DNA of 26,920 nt from a virus (IMGVR_UViG_3300020044_007015:1-26920); one strand, 5' to 3'; positions 7,863 to 16,125 are shown, counted from the first letter of the stretch. Notes: generated from the sequence alone by a model not told the origin. A program made the numbers and translations.

Positions 7863-8885
7863 ATGGCTACTCTTGACATCTTCAACGGTGATGCTTTCCA
7901 GCTTACTTCGCTTTCGGGCGCAATTGAGCGGACGCCTTATCTGCCTACATTCTTGGGTTCGCTTGGTATCTTTGCGCCTGAACCTGTGCGGCAACGTTCT
8001 ATCTGGGTCGATGAGCGCGACGGGCAACTGACGCTGATTCAGACTTCTGCCAATGGTGCGCCGCCCAAGGAACTGGAACGCGACATTCGTAAAGCGCGCC
8101 CGTTCTATGTGCCACGTATTACTAAGGGCGCAACGGTTTACGCTGCTGAAATCGCGGGCCTGCGGGCATTCGGTTCGGAAAGCGAACAAACCGTAGTTAT
8201 GACCGAATACATGCGCCGTTTGCAGCGTGTTCGCAATGACGTAGAACTGACCAAGGAACGTATGCGGCTTGGCGCTTTGAAGGGTATTGTGGTTGACGCT
8301 GATGATAGCGTGATCTATAACTACTTTACCGAGTTTGGTATCACTCCAGCCGCTGATCAAACGTTTGACTTCACTAGCGCAACTACGGACTTCCCGAAGT
8401 TCTGCCGTGGTGTTAAGCGTGGGATTGAACGTTCGGCTGGTGGCGCTATTCCGATGGGCGCGACTATTCATGCCCTTGCTGGTGACGCTTACTTTGATGC
8501 GATTATCTCGCATCCTAGCGTGACTAAGCTGTGGTTGAACTGGCAAGCGTCTGCGGAACTGCGCGGGATTGATCCTTTCGAGACGTTCACTGTTGGCGGA
8601 GTTACGTTCCATAACTACCGTGGAACTGATAACAACACGACTGTTGCGGTTGCTGCTAACAAGGCTCATTTCTTCCCGATTGGTGCGCCCGGTATCTTTG
8701 CCGAAGTTATGGCCCCTGCCGACGAGTTCATGCCCTACGTGGGTGCGCCCGGTCAGTCGGTTTACGCTATGACTATCCGCGACCGTGACCGCGATGCTTG
8801 GGTGCGTGGTGAACTCTACAGCTATCCGCTGATGATGTGTAAGCGCCCTGAAATCCTGCGGGAATCGACTGGCACCGTTGCCTAA
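7863..8885 (+). CDS. Major capsid protein (lambda E-like)
   Basis: MATLDIFNGDAF..SL, ERMRLGALKG, FFPIGAPGIF, SYPLMMCKRPEIL; strong codon bias; followed by a terminator. Confidence 0.92.
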   Translation: MATLDIFNGDAFQLTSLSGAIERTPYLPTFLGSLGIFAPEPVRQRSIWVDERDGQLTLIQTSANGAPPKELERDIRKARPFYVPRITKGATVYAAEIAGLRAFGSESEQTVVMTEYMRRLQRVRNDVELTKERMRLGALKGIVVDADDSVIYNYFTEFGITPAADQTFDFTSATTDFPKFCRGVKRGIERSAGGAIPMGATIHALAGDAYFDAIISHPSVTKLWLNWQASAELRGIDPFETFTVGGVTFHNYRGTDNNTTVAVAANKAHFFPIGAPGIFAEVMAPADEFMPYVGAPGQSVYAMTIRDRDRDAWVRGELYSYPLMMCKRPEILRESTGTVA

Positions 8886-8904
8886 TAAAGATTAGGCCGA
8901 TTGA

Positions 8905-9013
8905 ATGAGTTAGGGGCGCAGTGTTGCGCCCCTTTCCCATAGATAACAGGATCACCGCCTTTCAGTTGTTAGACCGGGCAGACAAGCAATCATCCTTTCA
9001 TTTCTGTTGTGTG
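8905..9013 (-). ncRNA. Candidate small RNA with mini-ORF and 16S 3'-end complement
   Basis: Minus promoter TTGACA(9047-9042)-17-AAAACT with TG extension; contains GAAAGGCGGTGATCC; ends at the 8912-8933 hairpin. Confidence 0.55.
8912..8936. terminator. Hairpin terminator after capsid, possibly bidirectional
   Basis: AGGGGCGCA-GTGT-TGCGCCCCT followed by TT. Confidence 0.75.
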
Positions 9014-9057
9014 ATGGTAGTTTTGCATGGTTGCTTGGGAGTGTCAAGCGGGCTTAA

Positions 9058-9086
9058 TTGAGTGTCGGGGCTGTTTGTGGTAGTGT
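9058..9086 (+). promoter_or_regulatory. Promoter for the fibre cassette
   Basis: TTGAGT-17-TAGTGT with TG extension; same TGnTAGTGTCG as at 12072-12082. Confidence 0.6.
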
Positions 9087-9112
9087 CGGATGAAACGAAT
9101 TAGGGTTTAGCA

Positions 9113-9409
9113 ATGACTGCTGTAACGCTGCCACCTGTAACGCGCGGAAGTGATGTAGTGTTTGATTGCACTATTACTGATGAGGGTGGCGCTGTTGATT
9201 TGACGGGTGGTAGTATTGCGTTTCTTGATCTGTCTGATTCGCTTATTGGACGAATTACTGGTGTTATTACTAATGCGGTTGCAGGTCAAGTGCGTGTAAC
9301 CATCGAAGGCACTGATCCACTGCTAGTCGGGACGTATTGCTTTCGTGTGCAGATATTGGGCGTTGCTTCGTCTATTGGGTGGCCTAAGTTTAGCTTTTCG
9401 GTGACATAA
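9113..9409 (+). CDS. BppU N-terminal-like adaptor protein
   Basis: RGSD..F..TITD.GGAVDLTG...GQVRVTI...T..L.VGTY.F.VQ pattern. Confidence 0.6.
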   Translation: MTAVTLPPVTRGSDVVFDCTITDEGGAVDLTGGSIAFLDLSDSLIGRITGVITNAVAGQVRVTIEGTDPLLVGTYCFRVQILGVASSIGWPKFSFSVT

Positions 9410-9624
9410 TGCAGGTTACAGTTACGGCGATTGATGGGCCGACTGTAAATGTCACGGGTGGGCAAGAGTTTACGATTGAATTGTCTGCCGTGCCAGCGCC
9501 TGTTGTTAATGTGGCGGTTGCCGGGGTTCAGGGTCCACCGGGGCCAAGCATTGAGGCAGGTCCGGGTTTTGTCAAGGTTGGCAATGAAATTCGTTATGCA
9601 ATATCAACACTATCAAGGGCGTAA
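9409..9624 (+). CDS. Short collagen-motif linker protein
   Basis: GVQGPPGP; TAATG coupling with the upstream gene. Confidence 0.65.
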   Translation: MQVTVTAIDGPTVNVTGGQEFTIELSAVPAPVVNVAVAGVQGPPGPSIEAGPGFVKVGNEIRYAISTLSRA

Positions 9625-9626
9625 AA

Positions 9627-10205
9627 ATGGCTGTTCAAGGTTCTGATTATTTCATCGTAGAAAGAGGCGGTGCGGTTTACCATACGCTTGCCAGCGACAT
9701 TCTGTCGTATATGCAAGCCAATCTTGGCACAACTGAATATGACGTTGCCAACATTGCCGCGCGAAACGCATTGACTGGTCTAACAACTGGTGATCGGGTT
9801 TTCGTTGTCGATGCGACTGGTGACGCGACGGTTGGCAGTGGTTGGGCCATCTATGTGTGGCGTGGCGGTGGTTTTACTAAAGTCGCAGAGCAGGAAGGTC
9901 TTGACGTTGTAGTTGGCGGCACTGACCTTACATATACCGCAAGCCCAACCCAAGGCATTGTGGTTTCTTCTAGCGGCGCGGATGCGACTATTCCGGCGGG
10001 CAATGGAACTAACGCGGGCTTGATGGTTCCTGCGCAGTTTAACAAGCTGGCGAATATTACGATCACGCAAGCGGTTGATCTGGATGCGATTGAAACTGCT
10101 AGCCACGCTTCTGTTACTCTTGCGGGAACGACTAACACTAACCCGATTACTCGATCTGGTCAGGTATTAGGTTTCTCTATTAGTCAATTGACTGCGGCCC
10201 CATAA
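9627..10205 (+). CDS. Putative virion fibre protein
   Basis: VANIAARNAL..GDRVFVVDATGDATVGSGWAIY; SSSGADATIP..AGLM...KL; T/G/A-rich. Confidence 0.65.
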   Translation: MAVQGSDYFIVERGGAVYHTLASDILSYMQANLGTTEYDVANIAARNALTGLTTGDRVFVVDATGDATVGSGWAIYVWRGGGFTKVAEQEGLDVVVGGTDLTYTASPTQGIVVSSSGADATIPAGNGTNAGLMVPAQFNKLANITITQAVDLDAIETASHASVTLAGTTNTNPITRSGQVLGFSISQLTAAP

Positions 10206-10456
10206 TGGCGGTTACTGGCACCGACCTTTTAATTATTGAACGCGCGGGAGTCTTGCATAAAGCAACCGTTGCGGAATTGCCTAGTGGTGGTTCCGTTGCC
10301 GTTCAAGATGAGGGTGTTTCGGTAACTACTGCCTTGGCTACTTTGAACTTCACTGGCGCGGGCGTTACTGTGACTGGTGGAGCTACTGCGGTTGTGAATA
10401 TTCCGGGTGGTGGGGGTGGTGGAAGTTATGACGTTACATTGGGGTGGGCTTTCTAA
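10205..10456 (+). CDS. Putative fibre linker protein
   Basis: VQDEG....TLNFTGAGVT motif and Gly run; N-terminus resembles that of 9627. Confidence 0.65.
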   Translation: MAVTGTDLLIIERAGVLHKATVAELPSGGSVAVQDEGVSVTTALATLNFTGAGVTVTGGATAVVNIPGGGGGGSYDVTLGWAF

Positions 10457-11644
10457 ATGATTAACCTGACAAGCACTAGCGACACTATTCGAGTTATTAC
10501 TGCATCGGCGGCATTGATCGAGTGTCATGCCTCTTTTGTTGACGTTTCTAGCGGGGCGGGAACGCTTGGGCGCATTAACTCTGCTCCGATTACGACTGCC
10601 ACGACTACAACGATTGTAACGTCGCCGGGTGCTGGTGTCCTTAGGAACGTCAAACACCTAAACATCACAAACGCAAGCGCAAGTGCGTCTAGTAAGGTCA
10701 CTGTAGATCACTTCGATGGGACTAATGCAATTGAACTAATGTCTTTCATCTTGCTTCCGGGTGAAAACATGATACTGAATGAGGAAGGACGATGGACTCA
10801 CCGTGATGCGCAAGGGGCGGAATATCCGCCCGCTGGACTTGGTGCTTACAATGGCTATACAGTCGGATTTATGAAGTCTGGCACGGCTTCGGATGCTGTG
10901 GGGTATTGGTATTGCACTGCGAAGGATGCGGGCTTTCCGGGGGCGTGGTCGCCGGGAACTCCGGGTGTTAATGGTCGCGTAACTGACGGCACTACTGCTG
11001 CGGATAACGGTGTTATACCGATTAAAAACCCGGCGACTGGGGCTAATTTTCTAACAGAGTTGCAACTTGCCGCATCGGTGAACCACACCAATCTGTTCTT
11101 TGACGTTCTATGGGTAAACACTGGGCTTGTGGTTACTACCACAACCGCCCAAACTATTACGATGCCAACCTTGCCGCCGCGTGACATTAACGGCACTACC
11201 AATGGCGAAGGTTGCAACATTGCGATGTTGTTCACTGTTGCATCAACAAACGCGGCTGTAATTACAAACGCGACTGTTAGTTATACTAACTCTGACGGTG
11301 TGGCTGGTAGAACGGCGACACTTTCGGCAATTGTTGGCTCTCAAATTCCGGCAACGCCAGTTATCGGGACTTTGGTTTGGTTTAACCTTGCTGCTGGCGA
11401 CAAGGGTGTCCGCTCTATTCAATCGGTCACTCTTGGGACTTCGTTGGGCGCAGGTTCTATATCAATGATTATTACTCGTGATATTGCGCAAGTTGGAACA
11501 ACTATTCCAAACGTTTCAGCGCCGAGGGTTATTCCTTCCCCCGGTGTTAGGCTTTATAACGGAACCGCAATGCTGCACTGCATTTTGTCGTCATCTACTA
11601 CGGCTACATTCTTTAGTGGCGAGGTCACAATCCAAGAAAAGTAA
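10457..11644 (+). CDS. Putative fibre tip or virion accessory protein (395 aa)
   Basis: Thr/Gly/Val-rich, beta-rich composition; last gene of the coupled cassette. Confidence 0.6.
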   Translation: MINLTSTSDTIRVITASAALIECHASFVDVSSGAGTLGRINSAPITTATTTTIVTSPGAGVLRNVKHLNITNASASASSKVTVDHFDGTNAIELMSFILLPGENMILNEEGRWTHRDAQGAEYPPAGLGAYNGYTVGFMKSGTASDAVGYWYCTAKDAGFPGAWSPGTPGVNGRVTDGTTAADNGVIPIKNPATGANFLTELQLAASVNHTNLFFDVLWVNTGLVVTTTTAQTITMPTLPPRDINGTTNGEGCNIAMLFTVASTNAAVITNATVSYTNSDGVAGRTATLSAIVGSQIPATPVIGTLVWFNLAAGDKGVRSIQSVTLGTSLGAGSISMIITRDIAQVGTTIPNVSAPRVIPSPGVRLYNGTAMLHCILSSSTTATFFSGEVTIQEK

Positions 11645-11660
11645 GGGCTAACTAGCCCTT
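11643..11660. terminator. Inverted repeat between convergent genes
   Basis: AAGGGCTA-AC-TAGCCCTT overlapping both stop codons. Confidence 0.55.
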
Positions 11661-11745
11661 ACCATTCCGCCCAACGTGGATATGACGCCACTGGTTCGCC
11701 GTTCTTGCGGATAATCACGCGGGTTTCGGTGTAGTGTTTGGTCAT
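11659..11745 (-). CDS. Small protein (28 aa, MTKHYTETRVIIRKNGEPVASYPRWAEW)
   Basis: Third of three tightly coupled minus-strand ORFs; GGGGG upstream. Confidence 0.5.
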   Translation of the reverse strand: MTKHYTETRVIIRKNGEPVASYPRWAEW

Positions 11746-11746
11746 A

Positions 11747-11845
11747 TTAGCCCCCAATCGTTGATGCAAAGCCGACAAGCCAAGCGCCGCCAAAGATTAA
11801 GGCAAACGCGACGATAGCCTTAAGTGCGTATTCTAGTTTGGTCAT
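11747..11845 (-). CDS. Small membrane peptide (32 aa, MTKLEYALKAIVAFALIFGGAWLVGFASTIGG)
   Basis: ATGA overlap with the upstream ORF, GGGAG RBS, one hydrophobic segment. Confidence 0.55.
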   Translation of the reverse strand: MTKLEYALKAIVAFALIFGGAWLVGFASTIGG

Positions 11846-12006
11846 TTTCCCGACTCCCAGTCTGAAATTTCGCGCAGTTGTTGAATTGCAACGTTTGTTT
11901 TGTTCATTGTGTGGGCGCATGGATTCTTCGCTGAATACTCAAGGCTTTTGATAATGTCCTGCCACAGTGAAAGCGGGATTGTTTTGGTGGCGTTGTGTTT
12001 ACTCAT
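11842..12006 (-). CDS. Small protein (54 aa, MSKHNATKTIPLSLWQDIIKSLEY...)
   Basis: AAAGGAG RBS and TTGACA promoter upstream. Confidence 0.6.
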   Translation of the reverse strand: MSKHNATKTIPLSLWQDIIKSLEYSAKNPCAHTMNKTNVAIQQLREISDWESGK

Positions 12007-12033
12007 TGTCCGATTCTCCTTTGCTACACCTAA

Positions 12034-12080
12034 CCAATACCCTAGCCCGCTTTGCCTGTCAAGCGCGTTTCTGCTAGTGT
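12034..12080. promoter_or_regulatory. Divergent promoters with overlapping -35 boxes
   Basis: Minus TTGACA(12062-12057)-17-TATTGG; plus TTGCCT(12052-12057)-17-TAGTGT. Confidence 0.6.
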
Positions 12081-12108
12081 CGTAACATCTATTGAAAAGG
12101 GTTCAAAC

Positions 12109-12456
12109 ATGCCTGCAATTCCTTCCACAGTTTTCCCGTCAAAGGGTGTTGCAACTGTAACCGAAACCGTGCTAAACGGCACTGATTCGTTTGTCTACAC
12201 TGAGGGTAAGACTCGATTCCTGATCCTTCGTAACCCAACTGCGGGGGCGTTGTCGCCTGTGATTGATGGTGATGGCGCTGTTAGTGAGTATCTGCCCGGT
12301 GTGGGTGATGTGTCCACTGCCACGGGTCTAGCTGTCGGCTCTATTCCTGCGGGCGCGACTCGGGTTGTGGACTTGAAGTCAATCAAGGCTTATCTTAAAG
12401 GCACGATTGCTATCACTTCAGGCACGGGGCTTGCTGCTGTATTGATGTCGGAGTAA
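12109..12456 (+). CDS. Virion structural protein (MPAIPSTVF...)
   Basis: ATG 12109 after AAGGG; LILRNPTAGALSPVIDGDGA...AYLKGTIAIT pattern; first gene of the neck module. Confidence 0.65.
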   Translation: MPAIPSTVFPSKGVATVTETVLNGTDSFVYTEGKTRFLILRNPTAGALSPVIDGDGAVSEYLPGVGDVSTATGLAVGSIPAGATRVVDLKSIKAYLKGTIAITSGTGLAAVLMSE

Positions 12457-12459
12457 GCT

Positions 12460-12903
12460 ATGGCTTACGGTTCCGACGCTGCAATGATTGCGTATCTTGC
12501 TTTGACTGGTAGGGTTGTTTCGTGCAATCCTACCGCAACGGCGCGTCAGTATGGTAGTCTTTATGTAGACCAGTTTGAGCAAGACTATCGTGGTTGCTCT
12601 GCAACTACAGATGCCAGCTTCCCGCGTGACTTGTGGACTACGGTTCCAGCTAGGGTTGAGCATGCGGCCTATGAAGCTGGATATGCTTGGGCCAATGGTG
12701 TTGCTATCTTTGGCGGCGGGGGAACTGCGGCGGGGCAAGTTACGTCAGAGAAGGTTGATAGTCTTGCAGTGACCTATGCAGAACCGATGGAAGGCACTGG
12801 ATACTGGGAAAACAATCGGTATATATTACCGCTTGCGTATGCGCTGCTGTTGCCTTTCCTAAAGCGCAAGGGCAACTTTTACCCCGCCGCGTTGGTGGTC
12901 TAA
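12460..12903 (+). CDS. Head-tail adaptor (family often labelled DnaT-like)
   Basis: FPR..VP..V..AAYE, VTSEKVDSLAVTY, LLLPFL; position after the head genes. Confidence 0.7.
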   Translation: MAYGSDAAMIAYLALTGRVVSCNPTATARQYGSLYVDQFEQDYRGCSATTDASFPRDLWTTVPARVEHAAYEAGYAWANGVAIFGGGGTAAGQVTSEKVDSLAVTYAEPMEGTGYWENNRYILPLAYALLLPFLKRKGNFYPAALVV

Positions 12904-13266
12904 GTGGGTGATCTTGTTAAGCGTTTTCGTGATACGGTCGCGCCACGGTTGCTTGCGAGGTTCGAGAACGGCGGCGTTCAATCGCAGACTGTCACGGTGA
13001 CACCTAATGTTGATCCGTTGTTGCCACCTAGCGAGGTGACAGTTGCAGCGTCGTTCAACGCTGCGGTTAGTGGTGTGAGTGGTAATATCCTAACTGGTGA
13101 TCCTAATCTAGTGGCGACGGACTTGCAGGCAATTTGCGCGGCGATTGATTACGTTCCAGTATCCGGCGCGCGGGTGTCTGTAAACGGGGCAGTTAGGCTT
13201 GTTGTTCGGGTTGATGCTATTCCTGCGGCTGGTGATCCTGCGGCTTATCGCTTCTTCTTAAGGTAG
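12904..13266 (+). CDS. Head closure/stopper protein
   Basis: Size, synteny, RLLARF...IPAAG.PAAYRFFLR pattern. Confidence 0.65.
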   Translation: MGDLVKRFRDTVAPRLLARFENGGVQSQTVTVTPNVDPLLPPSEVTVAASFNAAVSGVSGNILTGDPNLVATDLQAICAAIDYVPVSGARVSVNGAVRLVVRVDAIPAAGDPAAYRFFLR

Positions 13267-13270
13267 AGTT

Positions 13271-14233
13271 ATGGCGACTGAGGGTGCGCTATTAACGGCA
13301 TTCAAAAAGGGCGCTGGTCTTATTAAGGATCAAGTGCAGATTTCGCGTTTGCGCGCAGCTATTGAATCGCGAGATATTCAATCTGTCTTGAATGAGATTG
13401 ATATTAGTGAGTCGGCTTGGGATGACTTGCGGGTTCAACTTGTGCAGACATACGCGGAAGGGGGTGTATCGGAAGTTGATGGGATGGCTTATCGTGACCG
13501 CCCTAGATGGAATAGCGCGACTTCGCAGAGTGAACGTTACGCTAGGGAAGTTATAGGCGCGCATATCACTAGGATTACCGAGGATTCGCGGTCTGCGGTT
13601 CGCATGATTGTCGGGGATGGATTGGCATTCGGGCGCAGTGTTGACCGTATCGCTGTTGACATTATCGGGCGTCGTGATGGCACCACTAGGACGGGTGGGG
13701 TTGTAGGGCTTAATCAGCAACAGGCGCAGTGGGTTCTTAACATGCGCGGATGGTTGACGGATAACCCAAGCCAAGCCCTTGAATACAGTCGCAGGGATAA
13801 GCGATTTGATGCCGTTATTCGAGCGGCTGTTAATGATGGTAAGCCGCTAACACAAGCGCAGATTGACCGTATTACTGCGGCATACGCGGCAAAGCTGTTG
13901 CTATCACGCGGTCGGACTATCGCTAGGACGGAAAGGCAAGCCGCTATCAATGCGGGGCGTCAAGAGGCTTGGCGGCAGGCTGCGGAACGTCTTGGATTGC
14001 CCTTGCAGGCGGTGCGTAAAACGTGGGTGCATTCAACTAGAAAGATGGAACCTAGACCGTTTCACCTTAATGCGGGCCGGGAAAAGCAAACAGTGCAGGG
14101 GCTAAATTCGCCGTTCTTTATTGGCGGGTTTACGCCTTTGTATCCGCATGATCCTAACTTGCCTGCGAGTGAAGTCGTCAACTGTAGTTGTTCGGTCAAA
14201 TACAGCATTAACAGGAATTGGCGCAATGGCTAG
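13271..14233 (+). CDS. MuF-like minor head (morphogenesis) protein
   Basis: RTIARTE, KTW, R..H, YPHDP, EVVNCSC motifs. Confidence 0.8.
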   Translation: MATEGALLTAFKKGAGLIKDQVQISRLRAAIESRDIQSVLNEIDISESAWDDLRVQLVQTYAEGGVSEVDGMAYRDRPRWNSATSQSERYAREVIGAHITRITEDSRSAVRMIVGDGLAFGRSVDRIAVDIIGRRDGTTRTGGVVGLNQQQAQWVLNMRGWLTDNPSQALEYSRRDKRFDAVIRAAVNDGKPLTQAQIDRITAAYAAKLLLSRGRTIARTERQAAINAGRQEAWRQAAERLGLPLQAVRKTWVHSTRKMEPRPFHLNAGREKQTVQGLNSPFFIGGFTPLYPHDPNLPASEVVNCSCSVKYSINRNWRNG

Positions 14234-14693
14234 GCGCGGGACAACTAGGGCGTTTCTTGCTAGTGTAAACAAGTGGACGCTAGAGACGGAACAAAGAAGT
14301 GAGGCCGCTTTTCGTGAAGGCAGCTTAGACTTTTACGATGCACTTAGGGACGCAACTCCGGTATTGACTGGTAACTTGCGCAACTCTCTAGTTGCCACAA
14401 CTAACGGCGAAACGACTATCGTAACTGGACCGGGTAATGATCCCAGTGACCGTTCTTTCAGGTCAGGTGCTAACACTTCCCGCGCTAATATTATGTCTGC
14501 AAAGATCGGTGATAAGATCAGCTATATGTATACTGCCACATACTTCCGGCGATTGAATTACGGTTTCACTGGTTTTGATAGTCTAGGTCGGTTCTATAAT
14601 CAGGCTGGGAGGTTTTGGGTGCAGGCAGTTGGCGCTAGGTATCGGTCCATCATGCGCGCGGCTGCTACCAGATTAAGGATGAAAATGAAATGA
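14226..14693 (+). CDS. HK97 gp10-like tail completion protein
   Basis: TPVLTGNLRNS, Y.RRLNYG, AGRFWV; start MARRGTT at 14226. Confidence 0.8.
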   Translation: MARRGTTRAFLASVNKWTLETEQRSEAAFREGSLDFYDALRDATPVLTGNLRNSLVATTNGETTIVTGPGNDPSDRSFRSGANTSRANIMSAKIGDKISYMYTATYFRRLNYGFTGFDSLGRFYNQAGRFWVQAVGARYRSIMRAAATRLRMKMK

Positions 14694-15109
14694 CGAGGAT
14701 AATAAATGCCGAGGGAAAGATTTGGCTGGCTATTAAGGCTAGGCTAGATCAATGGACAGAAACCGCAAAGATGTATCAGGGCGAAGTGTTTACGCCGGAT
14801 AGTAAGCTTCCGTTTCTGATTATTCAGGACGTTGGTCTTGATACGGAAGAAACTGCTATTTCAGTTGATTGTGGCGAAGGCTTGCAAGGTCTGATTAACG
14901 TTTCGGTTATGGCCCCTTTGACTTGGAATTGGGGCCAGCATAAGGGCTTGTGCGGGCGCGTTAGTGACTTCCTAGTTACAACTGGGGCAATGGTTTATCA
15001 AGACGCTGTAGTTAGGTTTCCAGATAGGCCAAGGGTTTTAGGTGCGCCTGTATTAGAGCAAGCACACAACCGCGCTGAATTGCAGTGTTTATATCGGTGT
15101 TGGGGCTGA
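14690..15109 (+). CDS. Tail terminator-like protein
   Basis: Synteny between the gp10-like gene and the major tail; QGLINVSVMAP. Confidence 0.65.
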   Translation: MTRIINAEGKIWLAIKARLDQWTETAKMYQGEVFTPDSKLPFLIIQDVGLDTEETAISVDCGEGLQGLINVSVMAPLTWNWGQHKGLCGRVSDFLVTTGAMVYQDAVVRFPDRPRVLGAPVLEQAHNRAELQCLYRCWG

Positions 15110-15167
15110 TTAGCGTTTGTTGCGCGTTTGGGTTATGTTTTAGCGAAGTATTCAAAAGGGCTTGAAA

Positions 15168-15650
15168 ATGGCAGAAAAGACTTTCGGGCGCGGTCAACAG
15201 TTTCAAGTTTGTGTGACCGCACAAGATGACGATCTAAACCCTACTGAGTTTGGGGCACTGACCTATGTAAACGTTTGTTGCTTGCAAGAAACTCCTGAAA
15301 TGGCCAGTGAAGCTAACATCATTTCAGAGAATTGCATTAGCGGAGAACGTATTCGCGGTGTAGGTGCTGATAACGATACGGATTTCGAGGTAACGTGGTT
15401 TTACGACAATGCTTGCGCTGGTCAGGATAACCTCCGCACCTTTGGCCTTGCGAAGTCAAGTGCAACCTACGCGGTTCGCAAGGTTTACGCGGATGGCGTT
15501 GCTGGTGTAACTACTCCGACTTATGTGTATGCCCGTGTTATCTTTTCAGGTTACATGGATAGCGGTATTGGGATTGATGACGTTCAAACTCAAGGTGTGA
15601 CGGGTTCAATCGTTCAAGGCCCTGTTACTGTTAAGCCCACTGCGGTTTAA
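15168..15650 (+). CDS. Major tail tube protein
   Basis: About 160 aa, AGQDNLR motif, followed by a terminator and the chaperone. Confidence 0.75.
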   Translation: MAEKTFGRGQQFQVCVTAQDDDLNPTEFGALTYVNVCCLQETPEMASEANIISENCISGERIRGVGADNDTDFEVTWFYDNACAGQDNLRTFGLAKSSATYAVRKVYADGVAGVTTPTYVYARVIFSGYMDSGIGIDDVQTQGVTGSIVQGPVTVKPTAV

Positions 15651-15656
15651 TTAACT

Positions 15657-15685
15657 ACCGCGCCTGTAATGGGCGCGGTTTCTTT
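15657..15685 (+). terminator. Rho-independent terminator
   Basis: ACCGCGCC-tgtaatg-GGCGCGGT followed by TTCTTT. Confidence 0.75.
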
Positions 15686-15699
15686 GGAGAGGGAATAAC

Positions 15700-16125
15700 A
15701 TGGCTAATATGGCTTCTATGGTCGAGTATGATCGACTGTATCCGATTGCGATTAAGAATCCGTATGGAGAAGATACGGGGATTGTAATCAACGTTGTGAG
15801 CAAGGATTCAAAGCGCGTTGTTACGGCATTGCGGCAAGCGCAGTCTGATTATTGGGCTGCGATGGCGGCGGGTGGCGATGGTGCTGTAACGCCAGATGTA
15901 GAACGAATTACTCTAATTCATTGTATTGATAGTTGGGATTGGGGTTCTGAATCTTGGGATCATATTGAAGGTTCCGGGGTTGCTAGTCTTGCGGATCGTG
16001 AGTATCTGATTGATCATCCTAACGCTAAGTGGATCAAGGATAACTTGGCGGTAGGGACCGCTAACATTGAAAATTTTACTCAACCGTCGCAGAAAAGTGC
16101 GCGGCGTGGGTCGAAAAAGACGTAA
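15700..16125 (+). CDS. Tail assembly chaperone (G-like)
   Basis: Between the tail tube and TMP; GEDTGI.I.V...DS, WDW, ENF slippery end. Confidence 0.8.
   Translation: MANMASMVEYDRLYPIAIKNPYGEDTGIVINVVSKDSKRVVTALRQAQSDYWAAMAAGGDGAVTPDVERITLIHCIDSWDWGSESWDHIEGSGVASLADREYLIDHPNAKWIKDNLAVGTANIENFTQPSQKSARRGSKKT

Noticed and set aside
7785-8669. 294 aa antisense ORF over the capsid gene, and other shadow ORFs
   Set aside because: Explained by codon bias of the sense gene; no RBS or motifs.
8773-8955. 60 aa minus ORF behind the strong SD-like motif
   Set aside because: Start is poorly spaced from the SD, and it crosses the terminator into the capsid antisense strand.
8949-8963. 16S rRNA gene fragment
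   Set aside because: Similarity is limited to 15 nt and the flanks are not rRNA-like.
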